A stretch of DNA of 36,328 bases from Candidatus Kaiserbacteria bacterium (GTDB lineage Bacteria > Patescibacteriota > Minisyncoccia > Phycocordibacterales > SBAW01). The DNA lies in assembly GCA_009691465.1 (NCBI GenBank), contig SICK01000003.1:1-36328 (forward strand), in the 5' to 3' direction. Below the pieces are notes generated by a model. The model was not told where the DNA came from, did no database searches, and saw only the letters and a list, made by a program, of their open reading frames with translations. Made by a program: the position numbers and the translations under genes. Shown here one piece after another: positions 22,164-30,694 of the stretch (the stretch's first letter is position 1; each line of letters starts with the position of its first letter).

Positions 22164-22544
22164 TTAAAACTTGGAGAGCTCGTCCATCGCCTCGTCTACC
22201 GACTTTAGTTGGGGGGTGGCTGCGGGCTCGTGCGTGCCGTCCCAGCCCTGTGCTGCTGCGCCGCCCGACGGCCCGGCGCCGTCGATGCGGCCCCCGGCCG
22301 GCTCGTTGATTTTCAAATTTACCCGGGCGTTGTGCTTCATCCCCACCACGCGCAGGAGCGTGCGGATTGCTTTGGCGGTGTTGCCCGAGCGGCCGATCAC
22401 CTTGCCCATGTCCTCGGCGTTGAGGTTGAGTGTGAGCAACACGCCCATCTCGTCGACGACGCGGTTGACCTGCACTTCTGCCGGGTGCTCCACCAGACCT
22501 TTGACTACAAACTCCAAAAACTCCTGGTCTTTCTCTACTGCCAT
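22164..22544 (-). CDS. KH-domain RNA-binding protein (YlqC/KhpA-like) with a Gly/Ala/Pro-rich C-terminal extension
   Basis: LVEHPAEVQV...MGKVIGRSGNTAKAIRTLLRV. It sits in the conserved position after rpsP. Confidence 0.85.
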   Translation of the reverse strand: MAVEKDQEFLEFVVKGLVEHPAEVQVNRVVDEMGVLLTLNLNAEDMGKVIGRSGNTAKAIRTLLRVVGMKHNARVNLKINEPAGGRIDGAGPSGGAAAQGWDGTHEPAATPQLKSVDEAMDELSKF

Positions 22545-22568
22545 GTCAGTATATTTAGATAAGTAAAA

Positions 22569-22973
22569 TTACTCCGTAATTGTATCAGCCGCAGCTTCTG
22601 CCGCAACCGACGCCTCCGCCTCAACTGCCGGAGCCTCTGCCGCAGGGGCCTCTTTTGCCTCGCTCGGCGCTTCGGCACCTACGGCCTCCGCTACTTTTGC
22701 GACGGTTTTCTTAGGCAACACGTTCCTCTTTTTTGCGTCGATTATTTTTTGCGAAACAAGCAGGTTGTGTACGGTATCAGACACGGTGGCACCCATCGAC
22801 ATCCAATGCTTGATGCGGTCGGCTTTCAGCGACACGGTGTCTACGCGCGGGTCGTAGGAGCCGACCATCTCAAGATAGTTGCCGGCCTGGACCTTGCGCT
22901 TGGAGTCAATGACAATCACGCGGAAGGAGCCATCCTTCTTTTTGCCGACGCGGGTGAGTCGTATAGTAAGCAT
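22569..22973 (-). CDS. rpsP: 30S ribosomal protein S16 with an Ala/Glu-rich C-terminal extension
   Basis: MLTIRLTRVGKKKDGSFRVIVIDSKRKVQAGNYLEMVGSYDP...IKHWMSMGATVSDTV. Confidence 0.95.
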   Translation of the reverse strand: MLTIRLTRVGKKKDGSFRVIVIDSKRKVQAGNYLEMVGSYDPRVDTVSLKADRIKHWMSMGATVSDTVHNLLVSQKIIDAKKRNVLPKKTVAKVAEAVGAEAPSEAKEAPAAEAPAVEAEASVAAEAAADTITE

Positions 22974-22979
22974 TTCTTT

Positions 22980-23001
22980 AAAAGGTCCCGCCAGGGCGGG
23001 A
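22980..23001 (-). terminator. possible intrinsic terminator between the Pro-rich protein gene and rpsP
   Basis: The minus strand reads TCCCGCC-ct-GGCGGGA followed by CCTTTTAAAG. Short loop and modest T-run. Confidence 0.4.
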
Positions 23002-23034
23002 TTGCAAGCACTCTACCAGATTGTCACTGCAGGG

Positions 23035-23853
23035 TCAAATAGCTTCGGCGGGCACCGGAGCCGCTTCTGGAGCCGGAGTAGGTGCAGGTTCGGGAGTAGG
23101 TTCGACTGTAGGTTCAGGAGAGGATTCAGGAGCAGGTTCAGGAGCAGGTTGCGGCGTGGTGGGCGCGGCACGCGCCGCGAGTATCTCCTCGACTTGTTGG
23201 CGTATCATCTGCTCTATTTGTGCGGGCGTCAGCGCAGTGTTTTGCGGGAGCGGGGCCTCAGCAGGCGTAGGCGTTGTGGCGGCCACTGCCGCGGTCTGGC
23301 CGGGCTCGGGCTCTGGCGCCGGAGCGACCACCACCGGCGTATAACCGGGCAACTCCTCGGTCTTGTCGTCGAGCAATTTGCCTATTAATCCGCCGTAGGC
23401 GGTAGCTACCACCTTTTGCGTTACGTGGCGTTGCTCTGCCGTCTGGGCCTCATGCAAGCGGTCGACCTCGTGGCCAATGTTTTGTTTGAGCTGTTCTGTT
23501 ATATAGAGGCCCAGGTCACCGTACTCGCCCAGCGCCGCCTTTTGCACGGTCAACGTGTTGTGTTTGGTCACCTCCTGCCACACCGAGTCCTGCACGTCGA
23601 TGGTAGAGAAATCATACGCCACATAGTATGCATCCGTATCTTCGGTCACCTCAATAATTTTGACTTGCGGCGTGTATGCGGCGAGGTCCTTTTGTGCGAT
23701 GTAGGTGTTGTCGACCGACACCACCGTTTGGTCGGCCGAGTAGATTGCCTCGGGGTTGGCGGCGGCAAAGGCGCTCGCCCCGCCCAAAAACAGCACACCG
23801 AGCGCAATCGGGACCGCGTTGTGATAATTCAGAAAGTGAAAGAAAGATTTCAT
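23035..23853 (-). CDS. secreted or membrane-anchored hypothetical protein with a PEPAP-rich C-terminus
   Basis: Signal-peptide-like N-terminus (AVPIALGVLFLGGASAFA|AA) and a C-terminal ~100 aa rich in Pro/Ala/Glu/Thr. Only 16 nt downstream of lepB. Confidence 0.75.
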   Translation of the reverse strand: MKSFFHFLNYHNAVPIALGVLFLGGASAFAAANPEAIYSADQTVVSVDNTYIAQKDLAAYTPQVKIIEVTEDTDAYYVAYDFSTIDVQDSVWQEVTKHNTLTVQKAALGEYGDLGLYITEQLKQNIGHEVDRLHEAQTAEQRHVTQKVVATAYGGLIGKLLDDKTEELPGYTPVVVAPAPEPEPGQTAAVAATTPTPAEAPLPQNTALTPAQIEQMIRQQVEEILAARAAPTTPQPAPEPAPESSPEPTVEPTPEPAPTPAPEAAPVPAEAI

Positions 23854-23869
23854 ACTATATATAGATATT

Positions 23870-24253
23870 CTACCGCATAGGCCAGACGACGCGGCCGATA
23901 AAGTCGGTGGGTTGTACCGCGCCGAAAGAACGCGAGTCTTGGCTGACGGCGCGGTTGTCCCCCATCACAAAGTAGTCCACGGTGCCGAGATGCATCCCCT
24001 CTACCGTCTCATTGGGCAGGCCCGAGACGCGCTTGATGTCGGCTTCATACTGACCCTGCTTGTGGGGGTTATTAAACACCAGCACAGTCCCCTTCTGCGG
24101 GGCAAAGAGGTGCGGGGTGAGCCGCTCGACCAGCACCACCGTTCCTGCCGGATAGGCGGGCGACATAGAGTCGCCGGAGACTTTGTATATCTGGAATATA
24201 AGAGGGAGCGAGAGTATCGCCGCCAACGCGAGTATGTTTAGAAAAGTTTTCAT
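23870..24253 (-). CDS. lepB: signal peptidase I (S26 family), minimal 127-aa form
   Basis: N-terminal TM helix, catalytic Ser box SGDSMSP, Lys box IKRVSGLP, and GDNRAVSQDSRSFG. Confidence 0.9.
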   Translation of the reverse strand: MKTFLNILALAAILSLPLIFQIYKVSGDSMSPAYPAGTVVLVERLTPHLFAPQKGTVLVFNNPHKQGQYEADIKRVSGLPNETVEGMHLGTVDYFVMGDNRAVSQDSRSFGAVQPTDFIGRVVWPMR

Positions 24254-25266
24254 ACCAATTTTTTGATGGTGCGGGAGGTAAAGGTGCGCGTGGGCGGCCC
24301 GTACGCCTCCATCCCAAACTGCATCACCGTGCCGCCGGAGGTGCTCCCGCCCGGAACAAACGAAACGATAACGATGCCGGAGCCGCCGTTGCCGCCTGGA
24401 GTTTGGCCGCCGTTGTACGCTCCTCCTCCTCCGCCGCCGCCGGTGTTGGCGGTAGCGTTGCTGCCGCTTGCACTGCCGCCGCCCGTGCCGCCGCCGCCGT
24501 TGCCGCCGGTAGTGCCGGTCCCGTCGCGGTCGCCGCCGCTGCCGCCGCCCGCGTAGTAGGTAGACGAGCCGGAAATAGTGTACGCAAGACCGACTCCGCC
24601 CTGGCCGCCGGTGTTGTTGCCGGTGCCTGTTGCTCCTGCGGCCCCTGCGCCGCCGCCGCCGCCCGACTGTCCATCGTTGGCACCCGAGTTGCCGCCATTG
24701 GTCCCCTGGCCCACGGTGCCCGTGCCACCGCTCGCGTTTTGTGCGCCCGCGCCACCGCCAGAGCCGCCGTTACGGCCCGTGTTGGTGCCATTGTTGTTGC
24801 GGCCGGTGCCGGCGCCGCCTCCGCCGGTAGCAGTGACTGCGCCAAAGGCCGAGTTCTGGCCATCGTCTCCCGCGACACCGTCAGTCTGAGTCGACCCCGC
24901 CCCGCCTGCCCCGATAGTCACCGTGTAGGCCTGTTCGGTGACGGCGTAGGCTGCGTTGTAGGTAAGACCGCCAGCGCCGCCGCCTCCGCCGCATTGCCCA
25001 CCCCCGGTCGTGCCCGCGCCGCCACCACCACCACCTGCCACCACCAACACCTCCACGTTGCCGCTGCCGGTTACCGTAAATGTCCCACTACTGGTAAATG
25101 TATTTATTTGGTAACCGGGGCGGCTTACGGTATCTATCGTGCCACCCGTTGCCGTGAGCCCCTGCGCCGTGCGCGGCGCGTAGAGCTCGTAGCCGAATAT
25201 CAGGATGACTATCAGGATCGCGGCGGCGAAGCGGTATGCCCAGAGGATTTTTAGAGAAGCATTCAT
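24250..25266 (-). CDS. glycine-rich-domain protein (phage-fibre-like), N-terminally membrane-anchored
   Basis: TM helix FAAAILIVILIFGY, then GNVEVLVVAGGGGGGAGTTGG...GGGGAGG and long Gly/Asn/Thr/Ser tracts ending GGNGGSGIVIVSF. 4-nt overlap with lepB and a 3-nt gap after the giant gene. Confidence 0.8.
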   Translation of the reverse strand: MNASLKILWAYRFAAAILIVILIFGYELYAPRTAQGLTATGGTIDTVSRPGYQINTFTSSGTFTVTGSGNVEVLVVAGGGGGGAGTTGGGQCGGGGGAGGLTYNAAYAVTEQAYTVTIGAGGAGSTQTDGVAGDDGQNSAFGAVTATGGGGAGTGRNNNGTNTGRNGGSGGGAGAQNASGGTGTVGQGTNGGNSGANDGQSGGGGGAGAAGATGTGNNTGGQGGVGLAYTISGSSTYYAGGGSGGDRDGTGTTGGNGGGGTGGGSASGSNATANTGGGGGGGAYNGGQTPGGNGGSGIVIVSFVPGGSTSGGTVMQFGMEAYGPPTRTFTSRTIKKLV

Positions 25267-25269
25267 ACC

Positions 25270-28200
25270 TTAGAAGTTCGCTACGGATGACCCGAATATC
25301 TTGACCGTTGACGTTGCGGCCGTGGTCAGGAAGGTGGTGACGTCGCACTTGTTGGCCGTGGTCGTGAGCGTGGGCGCACTGCCGCCCGCCCACAGCACCG
25401 CCGCAGGCCAGCTCAAGGTGCGGGAGCCGGTGCCGTCTTGGCACACCACCAAGCGCATAGTCTGGCCGGGGATGTATCCGGCAAAGGTGATGGTGCGGTT
25501 GCCGCCGAGCGTCACCAACTGCTGGTTGCCGTCGCGCCAGTCGATAGCCACCGTGCCGCCGTCGGTGAGCGACTTCTCCGTCGTGACTATCGCGCCGCCC
25601 GCTCCGACCGAAATAGCGGCCCACGGGGTGGAGCTTGCAACGCCGAGCCTTGTCTCGACAATCAGGTTGCCCTGGCCACTCGGCGTGCCCGTGGGGCAGC
25701 CGTTGGTGTTGCCGCTACCGCCGGTACAGACCCAGAGGTTGCTGTTGTTAAAGAGCGCGTCTTGGCCGCTGGGGTAGACAAAGTAGTCGCCGACGCTACT
25801 GGTCAGGATGTCGGTGCTGTTGTTGGTGTTATAAGCGATAGCCTGCTGGGCGGTCGAGACTGCGGCATTGAGCGAGAGCAGGCGCAGAGGCGAGGTGGTG
25901 CCGATACCGACATTGCCGGTATTGGTGACCACAAACAGTGTCGAGGTTGCGTTGAGCGCAGAGGTCGAGGCGATAGCGAAGAGTGTATTAAAGGAGGACG
26001 GCGAGGTAGAGGCGGCGTGGATAGAGAGGAGCGCATACGGTGAGGTAGTACCAACACCAAAAGCACCTGCGGTAGAAAGCGTGAGCGTGGAGGAGGAGGT
26101 GATAGAAGTTCCATTGTAGAAGTTGAGTCCGTTGAGCACCTGCGTCGTGGCGTTGGTGCCGCCGTTTGCAATCGGCAGAGTACCGGAGACGTCGGTGCCG
26201 AGCGCAAGTTGTGCAAAGGATATGGTCGTGCCGTCGGTGCGGAGCACGCGGTTTGGGGTAGAGCCGGAGGTCAAAGACGGAACGCCCGAGGAGTTGGTGA
26301 CGAGCGCACCGGTATTAACCGATGCGGTCACCTGCAGAGCCCCGGTGCCGTTGCCAAAGAGGATGCCGTTGCTGGCGAAGGTGCTCACCCCCGTGCCGCC
26401 GTTGTTGACCGCAAGAGACGACGTGGCGGTCAGCACACCGGACGTGTTGAGCACCAGCGCCTGATTTTGTGACACTCCGTTGAGGAAGGTAGCGGCGCCG
26501 TTGACCTGCAAGGCCGAGGTAGAGGCAAGTGTGGCGACATTAAGGTACGTAGTGGTGGCTTGGCCAAAAACAGCACCCCCGACGGCGTTGAGTGCTCCCG
26601 CGACCGTGGAGGAAGCGGTGACCGCGACATTGGTGCTGGTGCCGCTCCCGAGTGAGAAGCCCAAGCCGGAGAGGAGCCCGGTGTTTGATATAGAAAAGAG
26701 TGTCGAAAGCGCGCCGTTGTTGGAGGTGGAGGCGATGGCAAAAAGCGATTGGAGGAGCGACGAAGACGCTGCCTGCAGCGAGAACGTTGCAAACGGTGTC
26801 GAACTGCCCAACCCAACGGTGCCGCCGAAGTATGCGTTGCCGGTCGTGGTGGCACCGCCGGATATGGTGAGCCCACCCAATTGTGCGCCGTTGCCGATGG
26901 TGGAGGAGGCGGTAGCGTACAGCCCGCCGGTAAATCCGACCAGGGTTGAGGTGGCGTTGGCGTTGGTAGAGCCGAAGGTGGTTTGCGTAAACGGAAACGC
27001 AATAGTGTTGCTAATAACTCCAGTCGAAGAGTCGTACGAGATACCGGAGCCGGCGGAGAGCGAGCTGGAAGAGATTTTGTTGTTGAAGGTCCCAAAGTCG
27101 GTGGAAGAAAGATACCCGTTAGCCCCCGTGCCCGATTGGGTGATGGAGAGTGTGGAGCCGGAGAAAGACAATGGTGAGGAGACCGTGGTCAACTGCACTG
27201 CACCGGAGGCGGCGGTGGAGAGGATACTCGACGGCAGGTTGACCGTCAGGTTGGTGGTGGAGGCAGTCGTGGAATACAGCGTAGTAGCGGTCAGCGCGGT
27301 GGACGATGCGTAAGCTATCTGCGAGGTGGATGATGCTTGTATCCCCGACTTAAACCACACGGCTGTGGAGGTGGCGTTGGCGAGTGCCGCGTAGTTGAGG
27401 TCGGCGGTAAACGGAAACCCGATGGTGTTGGTGATAGTAACCGCGCCGGTGGCCCCCGAAACACTGATGCCGCTCCCGGCAACGTTGGAGGTCACGCCGG
27501 AGTTAGTGAAACTTGAAATCGAGCCTGAAAACGAACAAGAGATGCCCGATGAGCAAGAGTCAGTGGTGGTCGCTACACCGACCCAGGTGCCGTTAGTAAA
27601 GGTCAGTACCTGCCCCGGCGTTCCGGTAAAGAGCGAGCTGGTAGCGAGCGCCGTGGGGACCGCAGAGTCGCCGGTGCCATTGGCGATGACTGTATTGGCG
27701 GCTTGCGCGGCGTGTTGTGTGAGCGCGAGCGAGCCGGAGATGGTGGAGAGCGTTGAGGTCGCTCCCGAGTAGAGGAGCCCGGCGCTGTTTACGCCCAACC
27801 CCCCTGCAGAGAGCCCCGTCAGCCACATGTTGCCCGAGTTGGAGAGCTGGGTGGTAGAGGCGTAGGTGGAGAAGGTCGAGCTAGCGATGAGCGAGAGATT
27901 GCCTTGCAACCACAGACCGGTGGTAGTTGCGTTGACCGCTTGGGCCCCGTAGGTAGCGACGGTAAAGGGAAACCCAACCGTACTGCTGATAACCCCCGTG
28001 CTCGAGTTGTATGAAATCCCGGAGCCGGCAGAAAGCGAGGTGGAAGAAATTTTATTATTAAAAATACTCCAATCGGCAGAAGAGAGACAACCAGCGGCAC
28101 TGGCAGATGCCCCGGTACAGGTGATAGTGAGTCCCGAGCCGATGATGCTCTGTCCGGCGGTGACGGTGACTCCCCCACTGCCTCCTACGGTGCCGGTGGC

Positions 28201-30627
28201 GACGTTGGCAAAGGTGTTTGCTCCGGAGAAGTACGGGATGTTGCCCACCACTGCGGTAGTAGAGGTGGAGAGTCCGCTAAAGGTGATTGCCCCGGTGGTG
28301 GAGTTGTAGGCTATGGGGAAGGTACTGGAAAGTGAGGACGAAGATATTTTGTTGTTGAACGTGCCGAAGTCGGTAGAAGAAAGATAGCCGTTTGCGCCAG
28401 TACCCGACTGGATGATGGAGAGTGTGGAGCCGGAGAAGGAGAGCGGTGAAGAGACGGTGGTCAGTTGTACTGCGCCGGAGGCTGCGGTGGAGAGGATGCT
28501 CGACGGCAGGTTGACCGTGAGGTTGGTGGTGGATGCGGTGGTCGAGTAGAGCGTGGTTGCACTAAGCGCAGTCGTGCTGGCGTATGCAATCTGTGACGTC
28601 GAAGAAGCAAAGATACCGTTCTGCGCCCACAACACCGATGAGGTGGCGGCGGTCAGTACTGCGTAGTTGGTGCTCCAGGTAAAGGGGTTGGCTGCTCCGG
28701 CAGCAGTCTGGTCTGCGGCACAGCCGAACTTGCCTGCACCATCATAGGTGAGTACGCTGCCGCTCTGGCAGGTGTTAAGCCCCGCACCGTAGAAGTTGCT
28801 CGTGGTAGCAGTCGTAGAGTACAGTGTGGTCGCCGTGAGTGCGGTGGAGGAGGCATAAACAAACTGTGAGGTAGACGATGCCTGGAGACCGGATTTAAAC
28901 CACACCGCAGTGGAGGTAGAGTTTGCGACCGCGCCGTAGTTGCTGTCGGGGGTAAAGGGGAATGTCCCGCCGCTCCCGCCCGAGCCGCAACCGGTGCAGG
29001 TGCCGGTGACTATAAGATCGCCGGAGACAGTACCGCCCGAGAGCGGTAGATAGTTGCTTGCGGTGATGCCGTTGGGGATATCGGCGTCGGTGAGGCCGGA
29101 GACACCGCTTACGATGGAGTTGGTGAGCGTGACATTGCGGAGTTGGTCGATGTGGTTGGTGAGGGCAATGGTGTTGGTAAAGCCACCAGTAGCGGGGAGC
29201 GAGTTCGGCGCACTGCTGTTTGCATAGATGAGAGATTTGAGACTGTTCGAAAGAGTATCGAGTCGTGCGGTAAGGACGTCTTCGGTGAGATATTTGTTGG
29301 AGAGCGGTGCGGGAGCCGGGGCAGGCAGTACGACCGTGCGCACCACAGTCGTGGGAGCAGCGGGCACCGCCGGAGCAATCGGAGCAACGGGAGTTGCCGG
29401 GGCCGCAGATGCCGGAACTGTGGTCGGAGTCTGTTTGATTTCGGCGGGAGCCGAGGCATCCGGCACAACGTTCGACGCCAGCTTTTCGCCGGTCTGTCCA
29501 AACCAATACGTGAGACTCTTCCAAGCCGAAGCCGCTCCGTCTGCTGCTATCCCAAGACCAATCATTCCAAGACCAAAAAGTCCCGCCGCGCGCGGAGCGA
29601 TTTGTGTGGCGACTTGCGGCGCCGCTTCAAACGCAGGGACCGCAAGCTGCGGTACGATAAAAGCCTGCACCAGTTTTTGGCTCTGAGCCGCGGCGGCGGC
29701 GAGTGACTCGCCGGAAGGAATTAATTTTACAAAAGTAACGGGCGCCGGAGCCGGCAGAGCCGCTACCGCGGGTAGCGCCGCGTAGGCACCGGCAAGTCCT
29801 GCCGCCGCGCTCTGATATACCGTATGCTCTGCATCACCCAATATATCTGCCGCGTTTATCACCTGTCGGGCGGCACCGCCGTACATTCCGGCCGCGGTAT
29901 CCCGCGCAGCGAGCAGTGCGCCGTGGTACGTCTGCGCAAGCGCCTCGGGGAAAAATTGCAGGTAACCAATATCAAATGCTTTTGTCGGGGATACCATCTC
30001 GCGCGCCGGAGTTGTTTTTTGTACGGGCGCTTGCACAACCGCGGCCAACCCGGCCGTGTGCTGCGACACCGCCGCAAAGAACGGCGTCACCTGGTCATGC
30101 AGCATAAGCGCCCCTACTTCGCCAAGGCTTCGAAGGGCAAGTGCCGAGTCGGCGGAGGAGCCGAACACACTGCCCACGTGCGGTATCGCAAATGCCGTCT
30201 TATACAGCGCAGTTTGAAGCGTGGGAAATAAAAGAGTCGAGACTGCTGCTCCCGACAACGCAAAAAAAATGGCCAATCCTGCAAATGCTCCATACTGCAG
30301 TGTCTGCGGCCGAACGGTCGGAAGCGGCTTCGGCTCACGGGAGAGCGCTTCTTTTTTAAACTGCTCCGAGAGCGCCTGCGTGCGCATGGTCTTCTCCTCC
30401 TCGTTTTTTTTGATGTACTGTTTGAGCGACTCCTCGCTCAACATCCACACCCGGCCGTCTACGAGGACTCCTTCGACCTTTCTACGCCGGCAGAGCGACG
30501 CGACGTGGTCGTTGGTAAAGCCGTACTTTTGTGCGGCCTCGGTAGATGAAATTGTAAAAGAGTTTGTTTGTTGCGGATCCATGGAGAATGGGTCCGCCCG
30601 GCGATTTGACCAATAAAAAAAGGACAA
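25270..30627 (-). CDS. giant (~1,770-1,785 aa) membrane-anchored surface protein with Ser/Thr/Ala/Gly-rich repeats and tail-fibre-like motifs
   Basis: Single long ORF. The track start at 30627 is a TTG inside a T-run, so the ATG at 30582 (MDPQQTNSF...) is more plausible. It has an HTH-like N-terminus, a TM helix (YGAFAGLAIFFALSGAAVSTLLF), a Pro/Ala linker, YLPLSGGTVSGDLIVTG, and repeated FPFT...NY...W and GSGISY(N/D)SSTGVIS modules. Confidence 0.85.
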   Translation of the reverse strand: MSFFYWSNRRADPFSMDPQQTNSFTISSTEAAQKYGFTNDHVASLCRRRKVEGVLVDGRVWMLSEESLKQYIKKNEEEKTMRTQALSEQFKKEALSREPKPLPTVRPQTLQYGAFAGLAIFFALSGAAVSTLLFPTLQTALYKTAFAIPHVGSVFGSSADSALALRSLGEVGALMLHDQVTPFFAAVSQHTAGLAAVVQAPVQKTTPAREMVSPTKAFDIGYLQFFPEALAQTYHGALLAARDTAAGMYGGAARQVINAADILGDAEHTVYQSAAAGLAGAYAALPAVAALPAPAPVTFVKLIPSGESLAAAAAQSQKLVQAFIVPQLAVPAFEAAPQVATQIAPRAAGLFGLGMIGLGIAADGAASAWKSLTYWFGQTGEKLASNVVPDASAPAEIKQTPTTVPASAAPATPVAPIAPAVPAAPTTVVRTVVLPAPAPAPLSNKYLTEDVLTARLDTLSNSLKSLIYANSSAPNSLPATGGFTNTIALTNHIDQLRNVTLTNSIVSGVSGLTDADIPNGITASNYLPLSGGTVSGDLIVTGTCTGCGSGGSGGTFPFTPDSNYGAVANSTSTAVWFKSGLQASSTSQFVYASSTALTATTLYSTTATTSNFYGAGLNTCQSGSVLTYDGAGKFGCAADQTAAGAANPFTWSTNYAVLTAATSSVLWAQNGIFASSTSQIAYASTTALSATTLYSTTASTTNLTVNLPSSILSTAASGAVQLTTVSSPLSFSGSTLSIIQSGTGANGYLSSTDFGTFNNKISSSSLSSTFPIAYNSTTGAITFSGLSTSTTAVVGNIPYFSGANTFANVATGTVGGSGGVTVTAGQSIIGSGLTITCTGASASAAGCLSSADWSIFNNKISSTSLSAGSGISYNSSTGVISSTVGFPFTVATYGAQAVNATTTGLWLQGNLSLIASSTFSTYASTTQLSNSGNMWLTGLSAGGLGVNSAGLLYSGATSTLSTISGSLALTQHAAQAANTVIANGTGDSAVPTALATSSLFTGTPGQVLTFTNGTWVGVATTTDSCSSGISCSFSGSISSFTNSGVTSNVAGSGISVSGATGAVTITNTIGFPFTADLNYAALANATSTAVWFKSGIQASSTSQIAYASSTALTATTLYSTTASTTNLTVNLPSSILSTAASGAVQLTTVSSPLSFSGSTLSITQSGTGANGYLSSTDFGTFNNKISSSSLSAGSGISYDSSTGVISNTIAFPFTQTTFGSTNANATSTLVGFTGGLYATASSTIGNGAQLGGLTISGGATTTGNAYFGGTVGLGSSTPFATFSLQAASSSLLQSLFAIASTSNNGALSTLFSISNTGLLSGLGFSLGSGTSTNVAVTASSTVAGALNAVGGAVFGQATTTYLNVATLASTSALQVNGAATFLNGVSQNQALVLNTSGVLTATSSLAVNNGGTGVSTFASNGILFGNGTGALQVTASVNTGALVTNSSGVPSLTSGSTPNRVLRTDGTTISFAQLALGTDVSGTLPIANGGTNATTQVLNGLNFYNGTSITSSSTLTLSTAGAFGVGTTSPYALLSIHAASTSPSSFNTLFAIASTSALNATSTLFVVTNTGNVGIGTTSPLRLLSLNAAVSTAQQAIAYNTNNSTDILTSSVGDYFVYPSGQDALFNNSNLWVCTGGSGNTNGCPTGTPSGQGNLIVETRLGVASSTPWAAISVGAGGAIVTTEKSLTDGGTVAIDWRDGNQQLVTLGGNRTITFAGYIPGQTMRLVVCQDGTGSRTLSWPAAVLWAGGSAPTLTTTANKCDVTTFLTTAATSTVKIFGSSVANF
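27055..27336 (-). repeat. internal coding repeat, copy A (94 codons)
   Basis: Encodes ASSTSQIAYASSTALTATTLYSTTASTTNLTVNLPSSILSTAASGAVQLTTVSSPLSFSGSTLSITQSGTGANGYLSSTDFGTFNNKISSSSLS. Confidence 0.9.
28327..28608 (-). repeat. internal coding repeat, copy B (94 codons)
   Basis: Encodes the same 94 aa as copy A with 3 substitutions. The DNA differs at many third-codon positions. Confidence 0.9.
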
Positions 30628-30642
30628 ACCGTCTGGCGGTTT
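30615..30642 (-). terminator. terminator- or attenuator-like hairpin just upstream of the giant gene's ATG
   Basis: The minus strand reads AAACCG-ccaga-CGGTTT, then GTCC and TTTTTTT. The stem is only 6 bp. Confidence 0.3.
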
Positions 30643-30694
30643 ACCCTGTGCAATTGAGAATACTGCCTAAGTCCTATAACAGAAAGGGGTCGGG

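Noticed and set aside
24403-25254. 283-aa plus-strand ORF (MAAVVRSSSSAAAGVGG...) opposite the glycine-rich gene, plus several Pro- or Ala-rich ORFs in other frames.
   Set aside because: GGN/GCC-rich DNA is open in most frames. Only the minus-strand frame has an N-terminal TM helix, the VEVLVVAGGGGGG motif and operon-consistent junctions (4-nt overlap with lepB, 3-nt gap to the giant gene).
27055-28965. Diversity-generating retroelement (template/variable repeat pair) acting on the giant surface protein.
   Set aside because: No reverse transcriptase is present in the window. Differences between the repeats involve all four bases at mostly synonymous sites, not adenine-specific substitutions. 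Both copies are internal to the coding sequence.
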